A DNA stretch of 64,000 nt from Candidatus Uhrbacteria bacterium CG10_big_fil_rev_8_21_14_0_10_48_16 (GCA_002793515.1 PFEU01000006.1:10802-74801); one strand, 5' to 3'; positions 19,081 through 27,899 are shown, counted from the first letter of the stretch. Numbers and translations are program-made. The notes: generated by a model not told the origin, from the sequence alone.

Positions 19081-19116
19081 CCGACCTCTCCCTGTGAGCG
19101 GTCGGTTTTCTTTTTG
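19081..19116 (+). terminator. Rho-independent terminator after the high-GC lipoprotein gene.
   Basis: ccgacctctc...gagcggtcgg stem followed by TTTTCTTTTT. Confidence 0.5.
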
Positions 19117-19281
19117 TGAAAATAAGCGTAATTTGGATGTATGGAGTAGTTTGCAACGATCTTGCATTCATATCGATATACCTAGTGCAAGGTCGACAGG
19201 ATCTCAGACTCACGGTACGAAACTAAACTCTTAATTGCCGTGAGTCTCGAAATCCACAATAATTTGTAACATTGAAGCGAT

Positions 19282-19908
19282 ATGGAAGAACATCTGGTTG
19301 CGAATGCACAATCAGACCCATCCGCATTCGGGCGATTGTACGATACGTACTATCAACCCGTTTTTGGGTTCATGTATAACCGGTCTGGAAACGCGGAACT
19401 TGCAAAAGATCTGACAAGCGAAACATTCTTTCAAGCCCTTAAAAATATTCATCGCTATAAACCTCGAAAAGGTGCGAGTTTTAAATCTTGGCTCTTTGCC
19501 ATCGCGGTTGCTCAAGTAGGAAATTATTACAGGAGTCGTTCAAAATATCTTGAAGTCACAACAGACGAAGCTCCAGAGCTTATTGGACGAGAGGATTTTC
19601 GACCAGATATTGCGTATCAAATGGGGGAGGATGAAGTGGCTCTAAAAGAGCAGATCAATCTGTTGCGAAGGATGATGAGTAAGCTCAACCAGCGACAGCA
19701 GACGATTTTGACTCTGCGCTATTTTTCCCATATGACGATCCCTGAGATATCGGCGACGGTTAATATGAAAGAGGGGACGGTGAAATCACACATTCATAGA
19801 GCGATAAAAAAACTTCAACTACTCATGCTCCAGGAGGAGGAACCAACAACCGTAAACGAGGTCGTTTCCTCACCAAAAAAATATGTCCCACAAACTGCCC
19901 AACATTGA
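19282..19908 (+). CDS. ECF-family RNA polymerase sigma factor.
   Basis: Region 2 (YDTYYQPVFGFMYNRSGNAELAKDLTSETFFQALKNIHRY...SWLFAIAVAQV) and region 4 HTH (LTLRYFSHMTIPEISATVNMKEGTVKSHIHRAIKKL). Confidence 0.8.
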   Translation: MEEHLVANAQSDPSAFGRLYDTYYQPVFGFMYNRSGNAELAKDLTSETFFQALKNIHRYKPRKGASFKSWLFAIAVAQVGNYYRSRSKYLEVTTDEAPELIGREDFRPDIAYQMGEDEVALKEQINLLRRMMSKLNQRQQTILTLRYFSHMTIPEISATVNMKEGTVKSHIHRAIKKLQLLMLQEEEPTTVNEVVSSPKKYVPQTAQH

Positions 19909-20335
19909 AAACCTTCTCGAAACGATGGGTTCTCATGAACGTATAGGAGAACCAGAACATCGCTATGAGTTACGTCGGAGTCTTTTATCTTCGCGTTTTT
20001 TTGCGGTTGAATCTGCTCGTATAAGTCGTTGGGACAGAATGTTGACTTACACGGCTCCGTTGGTTGCTGGCGGAATGATGGTAGGGGTTTTTACGCTTAT
20101 GGCGGTATATGCTCCCGCTGAGCCGGAGGTGGGACCACAGACGATTATTTCTCGGTCTATGACGACTCAAGCGGATGAGTCTTCTCTTGTAGAAGCTTCT
20201 CCATTGAATGCGGAAGATTTTCTCTCGGATCCATCTGAACCAACAGTAAAACTTGCCGACTTTGAAACATCTTCTTCTCAGTCTGTTGTGCGATACACTC
20301 CGCTTTCATCACAGGAGTACGTCCGAACACAGTAG
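19883..20335 (+). CDS. Putative anti-sigma factor (single-TM protein overlapping the sigma gene 3' end).
   Basis: 26-nt overlap with the ECF sigma gene. One TM (LVAGGMMVGVFTLMAVYAP) with a Ser/Thr-rich extracytoplasmic tail. Assignment by context only. Confidence 0.45.
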   Translation: MSHKLPNIENLLETMGSHERIGEPEHRYELRRSLLSSRFFAVESARISRWDRMLTYTAPLVAGGMMVGVFTLMAVYAPAEPEVGPQTIISRSMTTQADESSLVEASPLNAEDFLSDPSEPTVKLADFETSSSQSVVRYTPLSSQEYVRTQ

Positions 20336-20473
20336 TGAATCTTTCATCCACGGTTTTTTATTTACAGGAGAGAAGAGAATTGTTTATAATGGGTATAGCT
20401 CCACGGAACTAATTTGGGCAAACATTTGGTCTTTTGTTTTCTTGTCTTAGTCGTTTCACTTTCAGTTTCATGG

Positions 20474-21364
20474 CTATTCAGGGAGAGTCAGAATGTTTTT
20501 CCTGCGAGAGAGGAGTGCGTGAGTGATAAGTCGACCCACCATCGCCTCGACCCATATTTGATCGAGTATTTTGTTGAAGTTTGGGTCGACGAGTGGACCT
20601 AATTCACGAATCCCGATCTGGCCTTGTTCTCGGACGACTTTTAGGATTCGACCTCGGTAGATGCGGTCTGGGTAAGGTTTATTGCGATGTTTTCGTTCGT
20701 GGGTCACCGCTATGGAGCGCTTGGGGATTTTGACACGACCCTCGAGGAATTGTTTGGCAGATTTGCAATCATTACGCAGGGGGCACGACTTACAATCTGG
20801 ATTTTTGATACAAACAGACGTTGCGAGGTCAAAGATTGCTTGTGGGACGTCGTAGTAGGCTCCACGACGCGGAATGAAGCTGTCGGCGTGTGAGCCGATC
20901 ATTTCATCGTCAGAAAGCTCTGGGAACGGTTTTCCGAGGAGAACACGCCCGAGGACTCGACGAATGTTTGTGTCGATGGGGAGTGTTCGTTTCTTTTGAG
21001 CAAAGGCGCTCATGGCCGAAGAGGTATAGGGACCGATTCCTTTGATCCTGCGCCAGGCATCTTCTGATGTGGGGACGCCATGCAAACAAACATCCCGCGC
21101 AATATCTCTGAGCATGAGGGCTCGTCGATTATATCCAAGACCCGCCCATGCATGAATGACCTCCGCATTGGAAGCTTCGGCTAACGTTTTCCAGGACGGA
21201 AATTGTTTGAGCCAGGATCGATAAAATACCTTCACACGTTCGACTTGTGTTTGTTGTAGCATGACTTCACTTACGAGGATTCGGTAGGGATCTCGTGTTT
21301 CTCGCCAGGGAAGTTTTCGTCCGTGCGTCCGATACCAGCGTAACAATTTTCCAGCAGGAGTCAT
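20474..21364 (-). CDS. mutY: Adenine DNA glycosylase of the MutY/EndoIII HhH-GPD family (short form; no C-terminal NUDIX-like domain).
   Basis: VMLQQTQV motif; HhH (GIGPYTSSAM); 4Fe-4S cluster loop CIKNPDCKSCPLRNDC (C-x6-C-x2-C-x5-C). Only 296 aa. Confidence 0.7.
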   Translation of the reverse strand: MTPAGKLLRWYRTHGRKLPWRETRDPYRILVSEVMLQQTQVERVKVFYRSWLKQFPSWKTLAEASNAEVIHAWAGLGYNRRALMLRDIARDVCLHGVPTSEDAWRRIKGIGPYTSSAMSAFAQKKRTLPIDTNIRRVLGRVLLGKPFPELSDDEMIGSHADSFIPRRGAYYDVPQAIFDLATSVCIKNPDCKSCPLRNDCKSAKQFLEGRVKIPKRSIAVTHERKHRNKPYPDRIYRGRILKVVREQGQIGIRELGPLVDPNFNKILDQIWVEAMVGRLITHALLSRRKNILTLPE

Positions 21365-21963
21365 AGATCGATAGCCCCCGCTTCTAAGAGGGCTTTATAA
21401 TGGTTCGGACTAAATCGGTAGAGGTATTCAATAAGTTTCCCTCTTTGTGGGGAAGCATCTAAACCGAGGTGATTTGCAAGTGCTTGAATGCGATCAAGAG
21501 CTTCTTGAACATCAGAAGCATGTTCGACGAGGAGTTCGATCTCTGCAAGCTCGTACCCAAAATCACAGACATCTATGTCGATTCGGAAACCTTCTCGCTT
21601 ATAGCTTCGTCTTGTTTTATGAATGGTTGCAAATGGAAGAATCCCTGCCTGGATGAGTGCATCGTTCATAGAAAGATTAGGGAGCAGTTGGAGCTTTTTA
21701 CGAATACGAGCCTCCTCTTCAATTTCTTCATACACGGTTCCGTTCCTCGTACGATTTTTTCCTTGTCCGATTTTTAACTCGAATGCTCCGTTACGTGTGC
21801 GTAACCACATATCTTGGAGAGTGTAGTGATAGTTCTGAGTATCGAAAAAGACATCGATATTTGTGACTTCCTTGAATAGTTTAGCCCCTTCGAGGAGCCG
21901 TTCTTCTTGATCCCTAGTGAGAGTAAACTTCTTTTCGACTTCAATCATATTGAGTAAAATCAT
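21361..21963 (-). CDS. CYTH-domain protein (triphosphate tunnel metalloenzyme / CyaB-like).
   Basis: N-terminal IEVEKKF motif typical of CYTH, plus alternating acidic/basic beta-strand pattern. 4-nt overlap (ATGA) with the mutY start. Confidence 0.6.
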   Translation of the reverse strand: MILLNMIEVEKKFTLTRDQEERLLEGAKLFKEVTNIDVFFDTQNYHYTLQDMWLRTRNGAFELKIGQGKNRTRNGTVYEEIEEEARIRKKLQLLPNLSMNDALIQAGILPFATIHKTRRSYKREGFRIDIDVCDFGYELAEIELLVEHASDVQEALDRIQALANHLGLDASPQRGKLIEYLYRFSPNHYKALLEAGAIDL

Positions 21964-22100
21964 ACCATATGGAACTTATTGCTTGACACACACTTGAACT
22001 GATGATCTATGCTCTAGTATCATTGGAGTACCTAAGCCTTTAGGTACTAATTCATAACTTATCCTTGAGGCAATAAGACAAACGTCTTAGCCACAATGTT

Positions 22101-22268
22101 ATGCTGTATCAATACAGTTTCGTTACGGACCCATGGGACGATGACGAAGATGAAGAGATGGACATGACTATGGGTATGGGCAGTGATATAGAGGAGGACG
22201 AAGAAGACGATGCCGATACCGACATAGACCTGGACATGGGTCTCGATGACGATGGAGACGAGTGGTAA
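22101..22268 (+). CDS. Hypothetical 55-aa hyper-acidic small protein (not in the ORF track; under 60 aa).
   Basis: MLYQYSFVTDPWDDDEDEEMDMTMGMGSDIEEDEEDDADTDIDLDMGLDDDGDEW. Strong codon periodicity of GAN codons. Own terminator hairpin downstream (22274-22300). No clear SD. Confidence 0.3.
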   Translation: MLYQYSFVTDPWDDDEDEEMDMTMGMGSDIEEDEEDDADTDIDLDMGLDDDGDEW

Positions 22269-22273
22269 AAAAT

Positions 22274-22300
22274 CAGGCCTTAACCGGCCTGGTTTTATTT
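22274..22300 (+). terminator. Rho-independent terminator.
   Basis: caggcc-ttaacc-ggcctg hairpin followed by GTTTTATTTTTC. Confidence 0.45.
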
Positions 22301-22334
22301 TTCTATGGGGGATGAGTGGTATACTAGAGGGCGT

Positions 22335-23624
22335 ATGGGTATCAAAATTTTGAATCAAAAAACGCTTGCAAGCACTCCTTTACGCAGAGATGCTCTTCGT
22401 ATTATGAAGGCAGGAATCCAGGCGGTTGAGACAGGGGTCGTTGTAAAAAAACGAGTGAGTCGAACAGGAGAAAAGCTTCTCATAGATAAGAAGAGTTATC
22501 GTCTTGATCGGTATGAGCGTATTTTTGTTGTGGGTGTTGGAAAAGCTTCCTATGATGCGGGAAAGGCCCTCGAATCAATTCTCGGAGATCGTATTACCGA
22601 TGGAATTGTATTGGATGTGAAAGGCGGGAAGCTGAAATATCTTAAGAGTCTCGTGGGAACCCATCCATTTCCAAGCCACACAAATATCAGAGCTACGGCG
22701 GAAATGCTTGGAATACTAAAAGGGGTGACGGCTAAAGATCTTGTCATTACCGTTATTTCTGGTGGAGGTTCTGCGCTGTTGTGCTGGCCACACCAGCTCG
22801 AATGTGATGACGTCACAATGATTACACAAGTTCTGATGAAGCGAGGGGCGACCATTCATGAATTAAATACCGTTCGCAAACATATTTCTGAGATTCAAGG
22901 TGGGCAATTGGCGGGACTTGCGTATCCTGCAACGGTGGCCAGTCTTATTTTCTCAGATGTACCAGGGGATGATATTTCGATGGTCGCCTCTGGGCCGACC
23001 GTCCTGGATGTCACAACGGTGAAGGATGCTCAGCGGGTGATGAAGAAGTATCAAGTTCTAGATCTATGTCGATTAGAAAAGTGCGATTTGCGTGAGACCC
23101 CGAAGGATCCACTTCTTTTTTCTCATGTTCAAAACGTCTTGATGGTCAGTAATGAGGTGGCGGTTGAGGCGATGAAGAAGAAGGCGAAGGAACTCGGGTA
23201 TGCGCCAGTTGTGTACTCAACGCAACTTGATGGGGAAGCACGAGAAGCGGGAAAACTTTTTGCGAGTCTTGTGAAGCCAGGTCAGGCGCTCATTGGGGCT
23301 GGAGAAACGACTGTAACGATTCGAGGAACAGGAGAGGGGGGAAGAAATCAGGAGTTCGTTCTTGGGGCTCTTGAGACACTTCAACCGCATTCACTTCTTC
23401 TGTCTCTGGCGTCCGATGGAATCGATAACGGTCCCATGGCAGGGGCCCTTATTGATGATCAGGTGAAAAAAATGGTTCAAGAGAAGAATCTGGATCTAGA
23501 TTTATATCTTCAGCAGAATAACAGTCTTCCTTTTTTTCAGGAGACAGAGAGCTTTATTAAGACCGGAATGACAGGGGTAAATGTTTCAGATTTGATGCTC
23601 TGTTTGCAAAAGAAAATGAGTTAA
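22335..23624 (+). CDS. Glycerate kinase (MOFRL family; glycerate 2-kinase/TtuD-like).
   Basis: N-terminal DUF4147-like (VVGVGKASYDAGKALE) and C-terminal MOFRL (GAGETTVTIRGTGEGGRNQEFVLGAL) signatures. TGGTATACT box 12 nt before ATG 22335. The ORF-track start 22305 is an upstream in-frame Met. Confidence 0.75.
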   Translation: MGIKILNQKTLASTPLRRDALRIMKAGIQAVETGVVVKKRVSRTGEKLLIDKKSYRLDRYERIFVVGVGKASYDAGKALESILGDRITDGIVLDVKGGKLKYLKSLVGTHPFPSHTNIRATAEMLGILKGVTAKDLVITVISGGGSALLCWPHQLECDDVTMITQVLMKRGATIHELNTVRKHISEIQGGQLAGLAYPATVASLIFSDVPGDDISMVASGPTVLDVTTVKDAQRVMKKYQVLDLCRLEKCDLRETPKDPLLFSHVQNVLMVSNEVAVEAMKKKAKELGYAPVVYSTQLDGEAREAGKLFASLVKPGQALIGAGETTVTIRGTGEGGRNQEFVLGALETLQPHSLLLSLASDGIDNGPMAGALIDDQVKKMVQEKNLDLDLYLQQNNSLPFFQETESFIKTGMTGVNVSDLMLCLQKKMS

Positions 23625-23681
23625 GGATCCCCCCTTGCTTCTAAATGAAATAAAGCGTATCTTCCAGTCGAATTTTCAACT

Positions 23682-24632
23682 ATGCATATTGCCATCCTTG
23701 TGTTTGAACAGGAGAAGAAAGATCTTCTTCCTGGGTCCAAAATGCTCATGGATAAAGCGATCCTCATGAATCATGAGGTGACGATCCTGAGAGAAAATGA
23801 AGTTTACATTCTGTACGATGGTCAGCGAGAGTCGTTGTACATGGCAGGAAAACCCTTAGAAAAGTTTGACGCCGTTATTGTGCGTCCAAGCTTTGCTTCG
23901 GATCCCTCTATCCATGCGTCTTTGATTCGTCAGTTTGAGTTACAGGGGTATCTTGTTATTAACTCGCATGCAGCGGTTCATCGAGCGAAGAACAAAGTTC
24001 GAACGCTTCAACTATTACATCATTACGGTATTGCCATGCCAAAGACCGTTGTTCTTTTTGGTGAGGGGAATCTTGATGAAGTGATGCATGAGTTTAAGTA
24101 CCCTGTCATTGTGAAGTCGGCGTATGGAGCGGGTGGATCAGGCGTGTTCATTGCAGAGTCCCGCCGATCTTTGAAACCTGTTGTGGAACATCTCTTGAAG
24201 CGGAACCGGACAGAGCCTATTAAGATTCAGGAGTACATCGCTGAATCGAAAGGGAAGGATCTTCGATTATTCGTTGTCGGAAAGAAAGTTGTCGCAACGA
24301 TGCAACGGTCGGCAAAGAAAGGGGAATTTCGTTCAAACTTTCATAAGGGTGGAAGTGTAAAGAATATTGTGCCAACAGAAGAAGAAGTGACGATGGCTCT
24401 TGAAGCGAGTATTGGTTTGGGTCTTGATATCTCAGGGGTTGATATTCTTCGAACCAAGAAGGGACCAGTCATTATTGAAGTGAACTCTCAACCTGGGCTC
24501 GAAGGGATCAGTCAGGCGACGGGAGTAGACGTTGCAAAAAAGATTATTGAGTATACGGAAAGACGTGCAACAAATAGAAAACGAAAACTTCAACGACCTA
24601 CGGTAGAGCGAAGGAGGGCTCAAGAAGGATAG
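23682..24632 (+). CDS. RimK-family ATP-grasp ligase (alpha-L-glutamate ligase-like).
   Basis: ATP-grasp layout of ~300 aa (YPVIVKSAYGAGGSGVFIAES...; ...GVDILRTKKGPVIIEVNSQPGLEG). Basic C-terminal tail. Confidence 0.7.
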   Translation: MHIAILVFEQEKKDLLPGSKMLMDKAILMNHEVTILRENEVYILYDGQRESLYMAGKPLEKFDAVIVRPSFASDPSIHASLIRQFELQGYLVINSHAAVHRAKNKVRTLQLLHHYGIAMPKTVVLFGEGNLDEVMHEFKYPVIVKSAYGAGGSGVFIAESRRSLKPVVEHLLKRNRTEPIKIQEYIAESKGKDLRLFVVGKKVVATMQRSAKKGEFRSNFHKGGSVKNIVPTEEEVTMALEASIGLGLDISGVDILRTKKGPVIIEVNSQPGLEGISQATGVDVAKKIIEYTERRATNRKRKLQRPTVERRRAQEG

Positions 24633-24633
24633 C

Positions 24634-25155
24634 TTGATTATGCGTCTTCCTCATCGACCAAAACAACAGATGAAGCAACTTCTTCAAGAAGAGGAAGCGC
24701 TTTATCTTACACGTGAAGGAATCGAGAAGTTGAGACGTCGATTAAAGCATATTGCGGAAGTTGAGTTACCACAGGCGATTGAAGATGTTCAGCGAACAGG
24801 GGAGTTCGGTGATTTTTCGGAGAATGCAGAGTACCAAGAAGCGAAGGGACGTATGCGCCGTCTTCGAAATCAAGAAACATCCATCACAGAAAAATTAAAG
24901 GTTGCGATTGAAATTCAGCCCTCGTTGACACAGAGTGGTCTCGTTCATATGGGATCAAAAGTTGTCTTGAATATTCAGGGACGGGGAGAAAAGATGTTTC
25001 ACATTGTCGGGCCAGAAGAGACAGATCCACTCAAAGGTCGTCTTTCCTTTAAATCGCCTCTTGGAGCACGATTGATGGGGCGGTCTGTAGGGGAGGAGGT
25101 TTGTGTGCAGAGTCCTGCGGGCGAGGTGGTCTATCGGATAATCTCTATTGAGTGA
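24634..25155 (+). CDS. greA: Transcription elongation factor GreA.
   Basis: N-terminal coiled-coil (LTREGIEKLRRRLKHI...GDFSENAEYQEAKGRMRRL) and C-terminal FKBP-like domain (...PLGARLMGRSVGEEVCVQSPAGEVVYRIISIE). Confidence 0.8.
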   Translation: MIMRLPHRPKQQMKQLLQEEEALYLTREGIEKLRRRLKHIAEVELPQAIEDVQRTGEFGDFSENAEYQEAKGRMRRLRNQETSITEKLKVAIEIQPSLTQSGLVHMGSKVVLNIQGRGEKMFHIVGPEETDPLKGRLSFKSPLGARLMGRSVGEEVCVQSPAGEVVYRIISIE

Positions 25156-25205
25156 AAGGGCTTCACTATTGACAAAAGACAGTTTTTTCCCTAGATTAAG
25201 GACAT

Positions 25206-25829
25206 ATGAAAGCTTCAGTGAGATTTGTTAGTTCTGTTGCTCTGAGCATAACTCTTCTGTTTGGTGGGGTTATGGGTGTATCTGCCCATGGATTGTTCAA
25301 AAATGCACTTCCAGAAAATCTTCGAACCTGGAGCACATATGGTTCACCTCGCGTCTCTTCAGCGAGCGTGACACTTCATGGAGCGGATCGAGAGTGGGTA
25401 TACGTTGATATTGATGCAGATCGCATCGATGAAGCGTATATCGTTTTGGCATCCTATGTAGATAAAAACGATTCACGAACAGCGTATTCGTCTACGGATC
25501 GAAATCGTTCGGGAAATCCTTATCTCTACGCCTATTATCTCGATCAAAACGGAACAATTAAAAAGTATCTTTCGGGCTCAGATCTGCTTGCAACAACGCA
25601 TAGAGGATCAGATAACGTTGTATACGGAATTTTTCCAACAGTGAGTGGAACAGAAACAATTCGTGTTTTTCTCAAACAAAGTTCTGTGAAGAATATAAGT
25701 AATGCAAAAGTGAATGTCACTTTTGAGAAACCTGTTCTCTTTGAGGCTTCAACCTATCGTCAAGCACGAGAGCTTGTCCAGGACTATGCTCGTATGAACG
25801 TGCATAGTCATCATTCCTCCAGTCGATAA
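25206..25829 (+). CDS. Hypothetical exported protein.
   Basis: Signal peptide (VSSVALSITLLFGGVMGVSAHG). No recognizable domain. SD AAGGA before the ATG. Confidence 0.45.
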   Translation: MKASVRFVSSVALSITLLFGGVMGVSAHGLFKNALPENLRTWSTYGSPRVSSASVTLHGADREWVYVDIDADRIDEAYIVLASYVDKNDSRTAYSSTDRNRSGNPYLYAYYLDQNGTIKKYLSGSDLLATTHRGSDNVVYGIFPTVSGTETIRVFLKQSSVKNISNAKVNVTFEKPVLFEASTYRQARELVQDYARMNVHSHHSSSR

Positions 25830-25832
25830 AAA

Positions 25833-25860
25833 AACGACCGGATACCCGGTCGTTTTTTTC
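25833..25860. terminator. Bidirectional rho-independent terminator between convergent genes.
   Basis: AAAAAacgaccgg-atac-ccggtcgtTTTTTT. Confidence 0.6.
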
Positions 25861-26491
25861 ATGGATCAAGATCTTGAATGAACTCGCCCTCAATGTAAGG
25901 AGGTTCGATCAGATAGAGATCAATGAATGCTTTGTAGATGGCACCAACCTCTCGAATCTTGAATGGAATTTCTTTGAGGTACGGTTGAAGGGTGGCTGAG
26001 AGTCCTGTGCTTTCAATGCCGAGCGATTCGCAGGTCCAGATGGCGCGCGGAAGATGATACCCTTGAGAGATAAGAATCGCCTGGTCAATTCCCCAAAGAT
26101 CATGCGCGCGACGACAGGTGTCGTACGTTCTCCTCCCTGCATAGTCTGCAAAGATGGCTTCTTCTGGGATCCCAAAGGTGTCTATGAGCGTTTGCTTCAT
26201 GACCTCGGGCTCATTATATTCTTGCGTGTGATTATCGCCCGAAACAAGAATGCGTTCGATTCGATCCGTCAGGAAGAGTTCAGAGGCGATGGTGAGTCGG
26301 TCCATGAGTGCGTCTGAGGGGGTGTTCTGACGTGTGAGCCCTGCACCAAAGACAATACCTACGGGTGAGGCGTGCGTCGTTTCTATTCCTGTATAGATGC
26401 TCGATTTTCCCCGGAACAATACACAAACAGGAAGCAGGATAAACAGGAAACAGGGGAGAGCCACACAGAGAATAAGAGAAGATTTTTTCAT
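25859..26491 (-). CDS. SanA/YdcF-family (DUF218) membrane-anchored protein.
   Basis: N-terminal TM, then a DUF218-like core (GIVFGAGL...ILVSGDNHTQEYNEPEVMKQ...). Confidence 0.55.
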   Translation of the reverse strand: MKKSSLILCVALPCFLFILLPVCVLFRGKSSIYTGIETTHASPVGIVFGAGLTRQNTPSDALMDRLTIASELFLTDRIERILVSGDNHTQEYNEPEVMKQTLIDTFGIPEEAIFADYAGRRTYDTCRRAHDLWGIDQAILISQGYHLPRAIWTCESLGIESTGLSATLQPYLKEIPFKIREVGAIYKAFIDLYLIEPPYIEGEFIQDLDP

Positions 26492-26591
26492 AGAAATATT
26501 TTCTTATCATAACCTCCATTTGATAATCATGGTACCCTGGAGGAAAAGAATCCTTTACATAGAAAAGGACTTGGTACAAAAATTCGTGAGT

Positions 26592-27860
26592 ATGTCTAGA
26601 GATGAATTAGAACAAAAAGAATTTTACGGGTTAGGAATTGCTCCAACCCTTCTCGAACGGATCGAGGATCTTGGGTTTAAGCACCCAACCCCCATTCAGT
26701 TTAAAGCGATTCCCATCGCGTGTTCAGGAGAGGACGTTGTAGGAATTGCTCAAACAGGAACAGGAAAAACACTTGCGTTTTCTATTCCCATGCTTCAGCA
26801 AATGTCTGCACGTGGGAAAAAGGGACTGATACTTCTTCCAACCCGTGAACTTGCGATTCAGGTTGAGCAAACACTGGTGAAGCTCGCAGGGCCTTTGGGA
26901 TTGCGAACGGCATTGCTCATTGGTGGAACAAACCCAAACCCTCAGAAACGCAAATTGCGGGAGAAGCCACATGTCATTATTGCGACTCCTGGGCGTCTGA
27001 TCGATATGATGAATCAGCGTGCCGCAAACTTGAGCGAGATCGGAGTTCTCGTTCTTGATGAAGCGGATCGCATGCTTGATATGGGTTTTGCTCCTCAGCT
27101 CAAGAAGATTTTGGCGAGCGTTCCTAAGGAGCGTCAAACTATGCTGTTCTCGGCAACCATGCCTGAACAGATTGCGACGATTGCTCGGGAGTTTATGAAG
27201 AGTCCATTGCGTGTTGAGGTGGCTCCTGCTGGAACCACGGCAGAACGAGTCGTGCAAGAGATGTTTATCGTGCCAAAGGACGAGAAAGTAGATCTTTTGA
27301 AAAAACTCCTCACGGAATATAAAGGAACGGTTTTGGTTTTTTGTCGAACAAAACATGGAGCCAGCAAGCTTGCGCGATCTATTCGAGGAATGGGGCATAG
27401 CTCTGCAGAAATTCACTCAAATCGTTCTCAGAATCAACGACAAGAAGCGCTTCGTGGATTTACCAATGGAAAGTATCGCGTCATGGTCGCAACAGATATT
27501 GCTGCGCGTGGAATTGATGTGAAGAATATTGAGCTCGTGGTAAATTTTGATCTTCCAGATCAGCTTGAAGACTATGTTCACCGAATTGGCCGTACAGGAA
27601 GAGCTGGAACCGCAGGAAAGGCTATTTCGTTTGCTGCCCCAGAGCAGAAAGGTGACATTATTCAGATTGAACGTTTGATTAATACAACCCTTCCTGTCAT
27701 GACGGCATCAGGAGACTTGATCGAGTTGAAAGATCGAAGAGGCAGTGCACGCGCTCCGCGTTCACGTTCAGGTGGAGGGGGAGGAAGACGGTATGGAGGT
27801 TCTGGTTCATCACGACCAGGACGCTCACGAAGTCGTGGTCCTGCAAAGAAACGATACTAA
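26592..27860 (+). CDS. DEAD-box ATP-dependent RNA helicase with an Arg/Gly/Ser-rich C-terminal tail.
   Basis: Q motif; motif I AQTGTGKT; Ia PTRELA; II DEAD (VLDEADRM); III SAT; VI HRIGRTGRAG. Tail: RSRSGGGGGRRYGGSGSSRPGRSRSRG. Start at ATG 26592; the ORF-track N-terminus 26397- is upstream read-through. Confidence 0.9.
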   Translation: MSRDELEQKEFYGLGIAPTLLERIEDLGFKHPTPIQFKAIPIACSGEDVVGIAQTGTGKTLAFSIPMLQQMSARGKKGLILLPTRELAIQVEQTLVKLAGPLGLRTALLIGGTNPNPQKRKLREKPHVIIATPGRLIDMMNQRAANLSEIGVLVLDEADRMLDMGFAPQLKKILASVPKERQTMLFSATMPEQIATIAREFMKSPLRVEVAPAGTTAERVVQEMFIVPKDEKVDLLKKLLTEYKGTVLVFCRTKHGASKLARSIRGMGHSSAEIHSNRSQNQRQEALRGFTNGKYRVMVATDIAARGIDVKNIELVVNFDLPDQLEDYVHRIGRTGRAGTAGKAISFAAPEQKGDIIQIERLINTTLPVMTASGDLIELKDRRGSARAPRSRSGGGGGRRYGGSGSSRPGRSRSRGPAKKRY

Positions 27861-27862
27861 TC

Positions 27863-27896
27863 AAAAAAACATCCGGAAGTTCCGGATGTTTTTTTC
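27863..27896. terminator. Bidirectional rho-independent terminator.
   Basis: AAAAAAacatccgga-agt-tccggatgtTTTTTT. Confidence 0.6.
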
Positions 27897-27899
27897 GTG

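Noticed and set aside
17197-19167. 656-aa minus-strand ORF spanning the whole high-GC island 2.
   Set aside because: It is antisense to the + strand ORF that has the lipoprotein signal, promoter, SD and terminator. Long stop-free antisense frames are expected in >60 % GC DNA. Its translation is Arg/Gly/Pro-rich low complexity.
22059-22358. 99-aa minus-strand ORF.
   Set aside because: It is antisense to the strongly periodic acidic mini-ORF and runs through a terminator hairpin and the glycerate-kinase start region. His/Val/Ile-rich nonsense composition.
26724-27416. 230-aa minus-strand ORF inside the DEAD-box helicase gene.
   Set aside because: It is antisense to a gene carrying all helicase motifs. 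Cys/His/Arg-rich nonsense.
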